DNA of 64,000 nucleotides from Burkholderiales bacterium (GTDB lineage Bacteria; Pseudomonadota; Gammaproteobacteria; Burkholderiales; SG8-41). A program made the position numbers and the translations under genes. The stretch covers positions 226,748 to 290,747 of the forward strand of contig CAXNMF010000004.1 of NCBI GenBank assembly GCA_964203275.1. Reading direction: 5' to 3'. The notes beneath the pieces were generated by a model. That model did no database searches. It saw only the letters and a program-made list of their open reading frames with translations, and was not told the origin of the DNA. Positions 23,558-32,585 of this stretch are shown piece by piece. Every line of letters starts with the position of its first letter. The first letter of the stretch is position 1.

Positions 23558-24814
23558 ATGGACTTCAAACACACGCTGCGCGCACTGCGGCACCGCAATT
23601 ACAAGCTGTTCTTCTTCGGCCAGACCCTGTCGATCATCGGCAACTGGGTGCAACAGATTGCGATGGCCTGGCTGGTCTACCGGATGACCGAATCAGCCTG
23701 GCTGCTCGGGGTAACCGGCTTTGCCGGGCAAATCGCGATACTGGTCCTGGCCCCGTTCGGCGGCCTCTGGGCGGACCGCTTCAATCGCCACCGCCTGCTG
23801 CTGATCACCCAGGCGCTGTCGGCCATTCCGCCACTGGTACTGGCAGTACTCAGCTATACCGAAACAATTGCCGTCTGGCATGTCGTGGTGATGGCTTTGC
23901 TCGCCGGCATCGTCAACGCCATTGACACTCCGATCCGGCTGACCTTCACTACCGGACTGGTCTCGCGGGATGATCTGCCCAGCGCCATCGCCATGAATGC
24001 GCTGATGCAAAGCATCGGTCGCATGATCGGACCCACGGTGGCTGGCGCTCTGCTCGCCGTATCGACGGAAGCCTTCTGCTTTGTCGTCAATACACTGAGC
24101 AAAGTCATCATTGTCAGCACCGTCGTCATGATGACGGTGGCGCCACAGGTAATCGCAAAAGCAACCATATCGCCCTGGCAGCAGTTGCGGGAAGGCGTGC
24201 GCTACGCTTGGGAACTCATCCCGGTACGGTGGCTGCTGCCGATCGTGGCGACCATCAGTTTCATGGTGACACCCTACCAGACGCTGATGCCGATTTTTGC
24301 CGCCGAAGTCTTCAAGGGCGACGCCGCACTGCTTGGATTTCTGATGGCCGCGGCAGGTAGCGGCGGCGTGATCGGCATGCTGGCGCTCGCCTCGCGTCGC
24401 GATGTGCGCGGCCTGACGCACTGGGTTTTGTTTGCATCCATGGCCGCAGGGATCAGCGTGATCGTATTTGCGCTGTCATCCTGGCTGCCGCTGTCACTGC
24501 TGGCGATCGCGTTTACCGGATTCGGCATTGTCGTCAACGGAATGTCCGTCAGCACAATGATCCAGACCATTGTCGATGACCGCATGCGCGGTCGCGTCAT
24601 GGGTATCTTCTCAATGGCGTTCCTCGGCATGTTTCCGCTGGGCAGCCTGGCAGGCGGCGCTCTGGCCGCCGTAATTGGTGCGCCGGCCACACTGGCGATT
24701 GGTGGTTGCTTCTGTACCGCAGCAGCGCTGGTGCTCTGGCGGCGCATGCCGGCGCTGCGCGCGCATCTGCGTCCGATCTACGAAAAACTTGAAATAGATA
24801 ATAAAATCAAATAG
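23558..24814 (+). CDS. MFS transporter (EntS/MFS_3-like)
   Basis: 418 aa, about 12 TM segments. MDFKHTLRALRHRNYKLFFFGQTLSIIGNWVQQIAMAWLVY. Confidence 0.8.
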   Translation: MDFKHTLRALRHRNYKLFFFGQTLSIIGNWVQQIAMAWLVYRMTESAWLLGVTGFAGQIAILVLAPFGGLWADRFNRHRLLLITQALSAIPPLVLAVLSYTETIAVWHVVVMALLAGIVNAIDTPIRLTFTTGLVSRDDLPSAIAMNALMQSIGRMIGPTVAGALLAVSTEAFCFVVNTLSKVIIVSTVVMMTVAPQVIAKATISPWQQLREGVRYAWELIPVRWLLPIVATISFMVTPYQTLMPIFAAEVFKGDAALLGFLMAAAGSGGVIGMLALASRRDVRGLTHWVLFASMAAGISVIVFALSSWLPLSLLAIAFTGFGIVVNGMSVSTMIQTIVDDRMRGRVMGIFSMAFLGMFPLGSLAGGALAAVIGAPATLAIGGCFCTAAALVLWRRMPALRAHLRPIYEKLEIDNKIK

Positions 24815-24826
24815 TTAATTAATTCG

Positions 24827-25420
24827 ATGGATCCCCTTTCGCTGGCATTGATTACCGGATTGGGCTGGACCAGCGGCATACGGTTTTATGTGGTGCTGTT
24901 TCTGTTGGGCGTTCTGCATCGCAGCGGACTGCATACACTTCCAGCCAGTCTCGAGACGCTGGCGCATCCATGGGTCATCGCCGTATCCGGATTGCTCTGC
25001 GTCACCGAGTTCCTCGCGGACAAGATTCCGGGCGTGGATTCGCTGTGGGATGCCGTACACACCTTCATCCGCATTCCCGGCGGCGCGCTGCTGGCCACCG
25101 CTGCAGTCATCGACAGCGATCCCGGGCTTGCGCTGGCTGCGGGGCTGCTCGGCGGCACCATTGCAGCTGGCGCGCATTTCACCAAGGCCGGCAGTCGCGC
25201 GTTGATCAATCTTTCCCCGGAACCGTTCAGCAACTGGGTCGCATCTTTCACTGAAGATGTCGCCGTTGTTGCAGCGTTGTGGACGTTGCTCAAATATCCG
25301 CTGGTATTTCTCGTTTTGCTGGCACTGTTTATGATGATTGCAGTATGGCTGTTGCCCAGACTCTGGCGCGGTCTGCGGCAATTGGTCCGGGTTTTCAGGC
25401 AAAACCCGGAACGTCCCTGA
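24827..25420 (+). CDS. DUF4126-like membrane protein
   Basis: 197 aa. ...GIRFYVVLFLLG...EFLADKIPGVDSLWDAVHTFIRIPGGALLA... Confidence 0.7.
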   Translation: MDPLSLALITGLGWTSGIRFYVVLFLLGVLHRSGLHTLPASLETLAHPWVIAVSGLLCVTEFLADKIPGVDSLWDAVHTFIRIPGGALLATAAVIDSDPGLALAAGLLGGTIAAGAHFTKAGSRALINLSPEPFSNWVASFTEDVAVVAALWTLLKYPLVFLVLLALFMMIAVWLLPRLWRGLRQLVRVFRQNPERP

Positions 25421-25452
25421 ACAACCGACTGCTTCTGCTACTGGTGCACTCG

Positions 25453-26127
25453 TCAGTAGAGCCTTGGCTCAAACGGCAGCCTGCGGCCCACCAGCGCCTC
25501 CAGCATCTGCAATTCGAGGTCGGTATGGTTTACGACCGGCGCAACCTCAAGCATCCGCGGCATTCCCTTTCCGTAGATGTAGCGCGGCTGGTCATGCTGT
25601 TTTGTGCGCACCGTTTCAGCGGCTTGCGGTTCATCAACGGGGGTCAGCACCGCCTCTCCATAACAAGTACAGGCGTATGTACGTTTCGGCTCCGACTCGA
25701 CATAGATGCCGGTGCCGCGAATGCCGATGGTTGCAGTTCCGGTGCGAATTTCGCGCCCGCGGCCGGACTCAAAAACCGACAGTAACGCACCGGTCACCAA
25801 ACGCAGTACGGTAACAGCGCCCTGCGCTGCTGCAGAGCCAAATTCGACGCGACTGTTGGCGCGAACCAGAAAAGCGTCCTTCTCGACAACCACCACCAGT
25901 TCCGCACCCTTTCCGGTAACAACCACATCACCCGGTGCTATCCGCTGCCCGCGCTCCGCGGGTTTGCCGTTGATGCGCACATCACCATTGATCCGGGCGA
26001 TACCCGGCGGGAGTGTGCCGGCCGCCAATGCGGCGCGCAGCTTGATCATGCCAGCGGCAACCATTGCAGTTGCAGCGGCCCCACGCAACCAGGCGCGGCG
26101 CCCTGTCTTCATTCCGGCTTGCTTCAT
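25453..26127 (-). CDS. FecR-domain protein with Tat-like signal
   Basis: Has the twin-arginine motif GRRAWLRGAAATAMVAAG. The FecR-like beta region is INGDVRINGKPAERGQRIAPGDVVVTGKGAELVVVVEKDAFLVRANSRVEF. Confidence 0.65.
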   Translation of the reverse strand: MKQAGMKTGRRAWLRGAAATAMVAAGMIKLRAALAAGTLPPGIARINGDVRINGKPAERGQRIAPGDVVVTGKGAELVVVVEKDAFLVRANSRVEFGSAAAQGAVTVLRLVTGALLSVFESGRGREIRTGTATIGIRGTGIYVESEPKRTYACTCYGEAVLTPVDEPQAAETVRTKQHDQPRYIYGKGMPRMLEVAPVVNHTDLELQMLEALVGRRLPFEPRLY

Positions 26128-26185
26128 TGATGACTTCCCCGTTCAGACGCTTGATACACGGATGGTTTTCCGTGCCGGCCGTGAA

Positions 26186-26413
26186 TCATTTTTTCTTCAT
26201 GAAAAACGTAAATTCTTTTTCAACCGTCTCCGAAGACAACAGGTCATTGCCGGTCTGCCTCGCAAAGGCCTGAAAATCCTTCACCGACCCAGGATCAGTG
26301 GCCATGATCTTCAGCACCTGACCGGAAGTCATATCCGTCAATGCCTTTTTGGTGCGCAGAATCGGCAACGGGCAATTCAGGCCGCGTGCGTCGAGTTCCT
26401 TGTCGAACTGCAT
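26186..26413 (-). CDS. tusA: TusA-family sulfurtransferase
   Basis: MQFDKELDARGLNCPLPILRTKKALTDMTSGQVLKIMATDPGSVKDFQAF (CPxP active-site motif). The start is set at the ATG at 26413. Confidence 0.8.
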   Translation of the reverse strand: MQFDKELDARGLNCPLPILRTKKALTDMTSGQVLKIMATDPGSVKDFQAFARQTGNDLLSSETVEKEFTFFMKKK

Positions 26414-26554
26414 GTTTGAACCTCGCTTTTCTGGAAATGATCTAGCTTCAAATTCAATATACGTCTTGTACCCTGGCGTCTCAAGACAAGGCCATATTGA
26501 CGCCAAAAGCCAGTGAACCGTGCGAACAGATTATATAGGCGCTGGCGGCAGAGA

Positions 26555-27907
26555 CTAGAACACGCTGACGTTGCTGTCCGCCAGCAGCCTGGAAAGGCGC
26601 AGATTGGCCGCCGACAGCCGGTCAACCAGCAGCTCAAGAAAGGCTCCATTAAAATGATGCCGGCACAGCTCCGAGGCTCGCGGCAGGGTTTCTGCGCGAA
26701 TCTCGATCACCACCACATCGGACGTCGCCACAACGCTGGCGGAACGCTGGAACTTGTGTTTGCCAAGGTAGGCCATTTCCCCAAAACACTCGCCGGCCTT
26801 CAACACCGTGAGCAGCCGGTCCTGCTTGCGCACTTCGACATGGCCATCGGCAAGAATGAAAAAGGAAGACCCGATGTCCCCTTCCTGGATCAGCACCGAC
26901 GCCGCCGGCAGACGTTGCCATTTCGCAAGCCGCAGCACCTCCCAAAGCTCCACATCACTGAACTCGCGAAAGAATTCGAGACGGCGCAGGGTATCGAACT
27001 TTTCCGCCTCCGGCATGCTGTCGGGCGCTTTCGAACGTGAACCGCTCAGCGCCTCCACCAGATCACCCGCAAGCTCACCCCAGGTTTGATAACGCTCCAG
27101 AGTCCCTTTGCTGAGCATACGCAGCACGATGGCATCGATGCGCGTCGACAGTTCAGCCCGAAGCCGGCTGGGGGGCGCAGGCTCAACATTGATGATTTGA
27201 TAAATGATGCTGTAATTGTTGGTGCCGATAAACGGCAACCGTCCGGTCAGCATCTGGTAAAAAACCACACCCAGCGAAAAAATATCCGTCTGATAAGTCA
27301 GCGATTGTTCGCGCACCTGCTCAGGTGACATGTACGCCGGCGATCCGATGCCGGTGATCTGCGTGGTATCGCTGGATGCGTTCAGCGCCGCCCCGAAATC
27401 CGAGATCTTGATGTCCGCTTCTCCGGACAGCAGGATATTCGCCGGTTTGATATCGCGATGGATGACCCCTTCGAGGGCGGCGTAATCCAGTGCCCGGGCG
27501 CACTTGTAGATGATCTCAAGCACCCGCGGCAGCGGCAACAGATGTTCAACCTGCGTATATCGCTCAAGTGTGGATCCATCCACATACTCCATGACGATAT
27601 AACTTGCCGATTCTTCCGCAACGGCATCGAATATGGCAACGATGTGGGGATGCGCGAGTTTCCCGGCCAGTGACGCCTCGGTAACGAAAAGTTTGCGATA
27701 ACGCCTCCCCTGTTCGTCATCACCGAGGATTTCGGGGTAGACCACCTTTAATGCGACTTCCCTGTCCTGAAAAGGATCGTAAGCCTTGTAAACCACGCTG
27801 GTCGCGCCACGACCGAGCTCGCTGATGATTTCGTACTTGCCGATACGGCGCGCCGCCTCATGGGCCTGCCCCGTTATCTGTCCGGATTCGCGACGAGAAT
27901 CACTCAT
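26555..27907 (-). CDS. Ser/Thr protein kinase fused to a C-terminal cyclic-nucleotide-binding domain
   Basis: Kinase motifs are present: GRGATSVVYKAYD, VALKVV, HRDIKPANILL, DFGAA, GSPAYMSPEQ. The C-terminus has LEFFREFSDVELWEVL...VLIQEGDIGSSFFILADGHVEVRK...LKAGECFGEMAYL (cNMP-binding fold). ATG at 27907; the track start at 27913 is a TTG. Confidence 0.85.
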   Translation of the reverse strand: MSDSRRESGQITGQAHEAARRIGKYEIISELGRGATSVVYKAYDPFQDREVALKVVYPEILGDDEQGRRYRKLFVTEASLAGKLAHPHIVAIFDAVAEESASYIVMEYVDGSTLERYTQVEHLLPLPRVLEIIYKCARALDYAALEGVIHRDIKPANILLSGEADIKISDFGAALNASSDTTQITGIGSPAYMSPEQVREQSLTYQTDIFSLGVVFYQMLTGRLPFIGTNNYSIIYQIINVEPAPPSRLRAELSTRIDAIVLRMLSKGTLERYQTWGELAGDLVEALSGSRSKAPDSMPEAEKFDTLRRLEFFREFSDVELWEVLRLAKWQRLPAASVLIQEGDIGSSFFILADGHVEVRKQDRLLTVLKAGECFGEMAYLGKHKFQRSASVVATSDVVVIEIRAETLPRASELCRHHFNGAFLELLVDRLSAANLRLSRLLADSNVSVF

Positions 27908-27947
27908 GGGCAAAAAATACCACCAAACAGGAGCGGCCGCTCCATCC

Positions 27948-29369
27948 TCAGGGCTTGCGCTCCTGCTCAGCCACCACGCGACGCAATTCGCGCAAGCGCG
28001 CCTCGACCGCGGACAGCTGGTAAAAATCGCCCTGTCCGCTCTTCAAGGCCAGTTGAAACTGCTCCATCGCAGCACCCGGCTGGCCTGACCGGGCAAGCGC
28101 CTCGCCCTGGGCACGATGCTGCAACAGTCGATTACCCTGGGCGGCATATGCCTGCGCCTGCAATTGATAAAGACGCGCCTCTTCCGGCTGAATCTGCAGG
28201 CGTGCATCGATGAGCTGCAACGCTTCCGCCGGTTGACTGAGGCGCAGCAATTGCTCGACGTGGCCATAAAACAATGCCCGCTGATTGGGATAGGTTTTCC
28301 GTGCGGTCTGATAGCAGGCCAAGGCCTGGGACGCGTCACCCGCGGCATCGGGAATCCGGCAAGCCAGGCTCTCGATGATCGGGCTTGCCGTTTTGCGCAA
28401 AGGCGCAAGCTCGCGTCTGGCACGTTCAAATTCGCGCGCGCGTATCAAGCTTGCAACAAGACCGTACCGGGTGGCCGTCTCGGAAAGAAATTTGCGCTCA
28501 CCGAGACTGGATTCGAAAAATGCAACAGCCTCGCGCGGCGTATCGCTTTCAGCACGCAGCTTGGCACGGATCAACTGGAAATCAAGCGTGTCCGGAATCT
28601 GCCGATAGGGCATTTTCTCGACACGACCCTGGATGTCGCCGATGCGTTCGAAAGTCAACGGATGTGTGCGCAGATATGAAGGAGCACCGCCCTCATAGAC
28701 CCGGGTCGCCCGTTGCAGACGCTCAAAAAACGCCGCCATGCCGCGCGGATCAAAACCGGCGCCATCCAGCATCTGCACCCCCACACGATCAGCCTCACGC
28801 TCGTTATCGCGGCTGAAGTTGAGCTGGCTTTGCATCACCCCAGCCTGACCGAACACCATCGCCGCTTCGGCGACCTGGGAGTTGGAACGCGCGGCCAGGA
28901 TCGCAACCGCCATCGCAGCGAGCGACATCAACTGGTTTTGACCCTGCTGGCTGATCATGCGCGCGATATGACGCTGCGTAACGTGTGCGATCTCATGGGC
29001 CACGACACCGGCAACTTCGGATTCGCTCTGTGCTGCAAGCAGCAATCCGCTGTGGATGCCGATAAACCCGCCAGGCAACGCGAATGCATTGATCTGTGGA
29101 TCGCGCACGACAAAAAACTCGAAATCCTGCCTGTTGGCATCGCTCCGTGCCGTCAGCCTGCCCCCGAGATTATTGACGTAATCAACCACCTCGGGATCAT
29201 TGAGATAAGCCGGATCGCGACGAATATCGCGCATGATGCGTTCACCCAGCCGCCGCTCGTCAGCAGGGGAAATCGCAGCGCCCGACACATCCCCCAGTTC
29301 GGGCAATGCCTGCGCCAGCACCCTGGGCACGCAAAGCAGGATCAACAATACGAAAAGACGCTGGATCAT
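27948..29369 (-). CDS. bepA: BepA/YfgC-like M48 metalloprotease with TPR domain
   Basis: Has a signal peptide, the HEIAHV zinc motif and C-terminal TPR repeats. 473 aa. Confidence 0.85.
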   Translation of the reverse strand: MIQRLFVLLILLCVPRVLAQALPELGDVSGAAISPADERRLGERIMRDIRRDPAYLNDPEVVDYVNNLGGRLTARSDANRQDFEFFVVRDPQINAFALPGGFIGIHSGLLLAAQSESEVAGVVAHEIAHVTQRHIARMISQQGQNQLMSLAAMAVAILAARSNSQVAEAAMVFGQAGVMQSQLNFSRDNEREADRVGVQMLDGAGFDPRGMAAFFERLQRATRVYEGGAPSYLRTHPLTFERIGDIQGRVEKMPYRQIPDTLDFQLIRAKLRAESDTPREAVAFFESSLGERKFLSETATRYGLVASLIRAREFERARRELAPLRKTASPIIESLACRIPDAAGDASQALACYQTARKTYPNQRALFYGHVEQLLRLSQPAEALQLIDARLQIQPEEARLYQLQAQAYAAQGNRLLQHRAQGEALARSGQPGAAMEQFQLALKSGQGDFYQLSAVEARLRELRRVVAEQERKP

Positions 29370-29404
29370 GATGCTATGATAAATCCGTCAGTCAGGAGTT
29401 CCCA

Positions 29405-29902
29405 ATGAAAAAACAATCTGTTACACCCAACTTAACGCACTTCGACACGCACGGGCAGGCCTGGATGGTGGATGTCGGCGGCAAAGCCGAAACACTGCGA
29501 CTCGCACGCGCCAGCGGACGCATCGTCATGCAACCCGCAACCTTGCGCCACATCATCGCCGGATCAGCCAAAAAGGGTGATGTGCTCGGTGTTGCGCGAA
29601 TCGCCGGCATACAGGCCGCAAAACAAACCTCAACATTGATTCCCCTATGCCATCCACTGGCCTTGACCCGCGTTGAAATTGAGTTCCGGATCTCCCGCCG
29701 GGAACATGCAGTGACCTGTGTGGCCACCGCCGAAACGTTAGGACGCACCGGCGTCGAGATGGAAGCCTTGACCGCCACCAGCGTAGCCCTGCTGACCATC
29801 TACGACATGTGCAAGGCGGTGGATCGGGGTATGCGCATCGATTCACTGGGACTTGAAGAGAAACGTGGCGGAAAATCAGGACACTGGCTGGCAAAACCAT
29901 AA
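29405..29902 (+). CDS. moaC: cyclic pyranopterin monophosphate synthase
   Basis: [29 protein letters not shown]...[30 protein letters not shown]...; 165 aa. Confidence 0.9.
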   Translation: MKKQSVTPNLTHFDTHGQAWMVDVGGKAETLRLARASGRIVMQPATLRHIIAGSAKKGDVLGVARIAGIQAAKQTSTLIPLCHPLALTRVEIEFRISRREHAVTCVATAETLGRTGVEMEALTATSVALLTIYDMCKAVDRGMRIDSLGLEEKRGGKSGHWLAKP

Positions 29903-30206
29903 CCCACTCAGTAGAACCGTTTTCCGCAACAGCCGGTTCCTGGACATGGCTGGCGAGTTTGGCCAGCAACGTCCCACCCGAAATTTAGCCCCTCCGGTCG
30001 GCATGCGGCCTGATGCAAACATGCTCGTCCTGCCGTCTGATTGTGCCTACCTTACCCCATCAGGATAAGCAATTCCGATAAATCATCAAAGCCGTGCTTT
30101 ACTTTGTTTCGCCGGAAGCGCTGGAACGATGCAGCTTGCCTCAACCACAGGATTGCCGAACGCAAAAATGAGTCTGGGCCGCACCCGAGCCCTTTCGGTT
30201 CTATCG

Positions 30207-31715
30207 TTACCGACCGATCAGGCCATGCGTCCAGAATCGCGGCAGCAATTGGGTATCCGGTGGACTGGCAGCCAGGTAAGCACGCTCGCGCTCTTCAATG
30301 CGCGTGATCTCAGGCATCACGCCGTAAACAAGGCCTGCGGCGGCGAAAACCGTCACAACCACCAGCCATACGGGCCGCTTCACCTGATCGCGGACCGATT
30401 CATCCGCATAAGTCATCGCAACCGCACACCCGCAGAGCCCTGCAAGAATGACCTGGCTGACAGGCATCACAAGCACCCCATCTACCATGGCTTGCGCTGC
30501 CGCCCCCACCAGCGCCGCCAGCATTGCAGTACGGAACATGGCTGGCCGCCCGGCTTCCAGCCCAGTTTGATGCCGCACATATTTCGCGTAGGCCAGCCCA
30601 GCGAATGTGCAAACACCGAAAAACAGTACGGCTGAAGGCAGGCCCCATTCCGCCGACCACTGCAACAATGCATTGTGAGGATGCGCACCTACGACCGTCG
30701 CTGAATAGGCATAGTGCATTGGACCAACGCCCAAAACCGGGTGATCTGCTGTAAACGTCAGCGCATTGCGCCACAACACATCCCTCAGCGACAAGGTCAT
30801 GATTTCCCCTGCCCGCTGCAACAGCCACGCTGGCTGATTAAGCCATTTGGGAATCATCAGAATGAACAATGCGTAACAGGCCAAACCGCACACAAGACCA
30901 CTGACCTGCCATTTGATCCATCTGCGTCCGACTGATCCGGAATACAGTGCCACCGCAACAAGGCCGAGAAACAGAGCTACCCAGGTTCCGCGGGTGCCGG
31001 AGGCAACAACCAATGTCCACCATATTGCCGGAACAATCCAAAGCGCTGCGCGACGCAAACGGCTGCTACCCCACCACATTGCAGGCAAGAGCAAGAACGG
31101 AAGCAGCATCGTTTGAATATGGCCGAAAAACCGCATATTCGAAAACGACACATACAACTCGCGAATATCAAATATCTGCCCGTAGTCGGCAGCAAATAGA
31201 AGCATCGAAACATAAACAACGCTCGAACTGGCCGAATAAGCCGTGGCGCTTGCAAAGATCAGAACCACCATCGCTACTTCAGCTTTCTGTCCAAAGCGGC
31301 GAAATTGTCCGGCAACGGACAGCAGCAGAACAATCAGCAGCCAGTACAGCGACCACTCCAGTAACGCCCATCTGGGAAGCGGTGCCCGGATCGTGGAAAC
31401 CAATCCCAGAACAAATGTGACGGCCAAGGCGCCGCGAACCCAAGGCGGTAGCAACATCCAGGTTCCGGAAACTTCGCGCCAAATGCCGGGAATCAAAAAA
31501 GTCGCCAGCACAACCGCCAGCAGCACAAGTTGCGCGAGTCGCTGACCGTCATGCCACTGCAAGCCGGGTGATAAATCGATGTTCGGTGCAATAAATACAA
31601 AGAGAGCAACAGCCAGCAAAGGCCATGCGCCGGGATAAAGCAGCCCTTTTACCCAAGGATCCAGTGTTTTGCGTGGTAATTCAACGGGCATGGGGATGTT
31701 CGATTTCAGCCGCAT
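30207..31715 (-). CDS. O-antigen ligase (Wzy_C) family membrane protein, likely pilin O-oligosaccharyltransferase (TfpO/PglL-like)
   Basis: 502 aa polytopic protein. It carries SGTRGTWVALFLGL and HPHNALLQWSAEWG motifs of the WaaL/PglL family. It lies immediately downstream of pilA on the same strand. Confidence 0.65.
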   Translation of the reverse strand: MRLKSNIPMPVELPRKTLDPWVKGLLYPGAWPLLAVALFVFIAPNIDLSPGLQWHDGQRLAQLVLLAVVLATFLIPGIWREVSGTWMLLPPWVRGALAVTFVLGLVSTIRAPLPRWALLEWSLYWLLIVLLLSVAGQFRRFGQKAEVAMVVLIFASATAYSASSSVVYVSMLLFAADYGQIFDIRELYVSFSNMRFFGHIQTMLLPFLLLPAMWWGSSRLRRAALWIVPAIWWTLVVASGTRGTWVALFLGLVAVALYSGSVGRRWIKWQVSGLVCGLACYALFILMIPKWLNQPAWLLQRAGEIMTLSLRDVLWRNALTFTADHPVLGVGPMHYAYSATVVGAHPHNALLQWSAEWGLPSAVLFFGVCTFAGLAYAKYVRHQTGLEAGRPAMFRTAMLAALVGAAAQAMVDGVLVMPVSQVILAGLCGCAVAMTYADESVRDQVKRPVWLVVVTVFAAAGLVYGVMPEITRIEERERAYLAASPPDTQLLPRFWTHGLIGR

Positions 31716-31836
31716 TCCACGTCAATCGCGGAATATATTGATGTCTTCGCCTGAACGGCAGACCGTCAATGCGGTTGTATTGGCAACGAATGCCGGTCAT
31801 ACCACCTGATAAACTCAAGCTGTTCAGCAAAACCAC

Positions 31837-31865
31837 AAAAAAAACCCCGGTTGCCCGGGGTTTTT
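31837..31865 (-). terminator. rho-independent terminator after pilA (bidirectional shape)
   Basis: The reverse strand reads aaccccgg-gcaa-ccggggtt followed by T8. It lies 16 nt after the pilA stop. Confidence 0.8.
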
Positions 31866-31880
31866 CAGAGCCAGTGTGTA

Positions 31881-32300
31881 TCAGGTGCCCACGCCGGTTT
31901 TTGTTTTGGTGCAACCACCGTTGGTAAACACCCAGCCAACCGAACCTGCGGCCGGGGTCGGGGTCAACGTCACGACGCAGCTGCCAACCGCAGTAGTGCC
32001 GGTTATCACGAGGGCGCCAGTGGTCGCCGTCTGTGTCACGCTGGCCAGCGTTGCAGTAGCTGAGGGGAGCGTGAGGCCAACTTCGGATTCGGTATCGCAC
32101 AGCGTCAGATCGCCGTTATTGTTTTGCATGCATTCAGCGATCCCGGTTTTATACGCTTGCACCCTGGCGAAGTTGTCCTGCCACTTGGCACGGGTGATGT
32201 AGTCCTGATACTGCGGAATCGCAATCGCCGCCAGAATACCGATGATCGCAACGACGATCATCAGTTCGATCAGCGTAAAGCCTTTTTGCAGGTTTCTCAT
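31881..32300 (-). CDS. pilA: type IVa major pilin
   Basis: [39 protein letters not shown] has a class III signal with G-1/F+1/E+5. It also has a C-terminal Cys...Cys loop, and the C-terminal residue is Thr. Confidence 0.9.
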   Translation of the reverse strand: MRNLQKGFTLIELMIVVAIIGILAAIAIPQYQDYITRAKWQDNFARVQAYKTGIAECMQNNNGDLTLCDTESEVGLTLPSATATLASVTQTATTGALVITGTTAVGSCVVTLTPTPAAGSVGWVFTNGGCTKTKTGVGT

Positions 32301-32353
32301 ATGAAAGCTCCCAAAATTTAAAGTTAAGCAGGTCTAGCCCGCGACTCATTAAA

Positions 32354-32369
32354 AGCAAACCTCGTACCA
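32354..32369 (-). promoter_or_regulatory. sigma54 (-24/-12) promoter for pilA
   Basis: The reverse strand reads TGGTAC-GAGGT-TTGCT (consensus TGGCAC-N5-TTGCW). It lies about 55-70 nt upstream of the pilA ATG, and GGGAG Shine-Dalgarno sequence sits 7 nt before the ATG. Confidence 0.6.
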
Positions 32370-32585
32370 CCAAAAACACTCGATTCCAGTGCGAGCAAAA
32401 TTAATATGTAACTCATTGTTTATTAAACATTTTTTATCGAACGCCGTAAACCTTGATATAACCGGGCAATTTCTGTGAACTGGCTCACGATGTAAATCCA
32501 TCAAAACCAGCTACATCTGGTCCAAATAATGGTCGGTCAATCCTTTTTCATCGAGGCGTGTCAGAGTATGACAATTTACGTCACC

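Noticed and set aside
29921-29948. The ggaaccg-N14-cggttcc hairpin after moaC, read as a terminator.
   Set aside because: It has only a 7-bp stem, a 14-nt loop and no following T-run. That is too weak to call.
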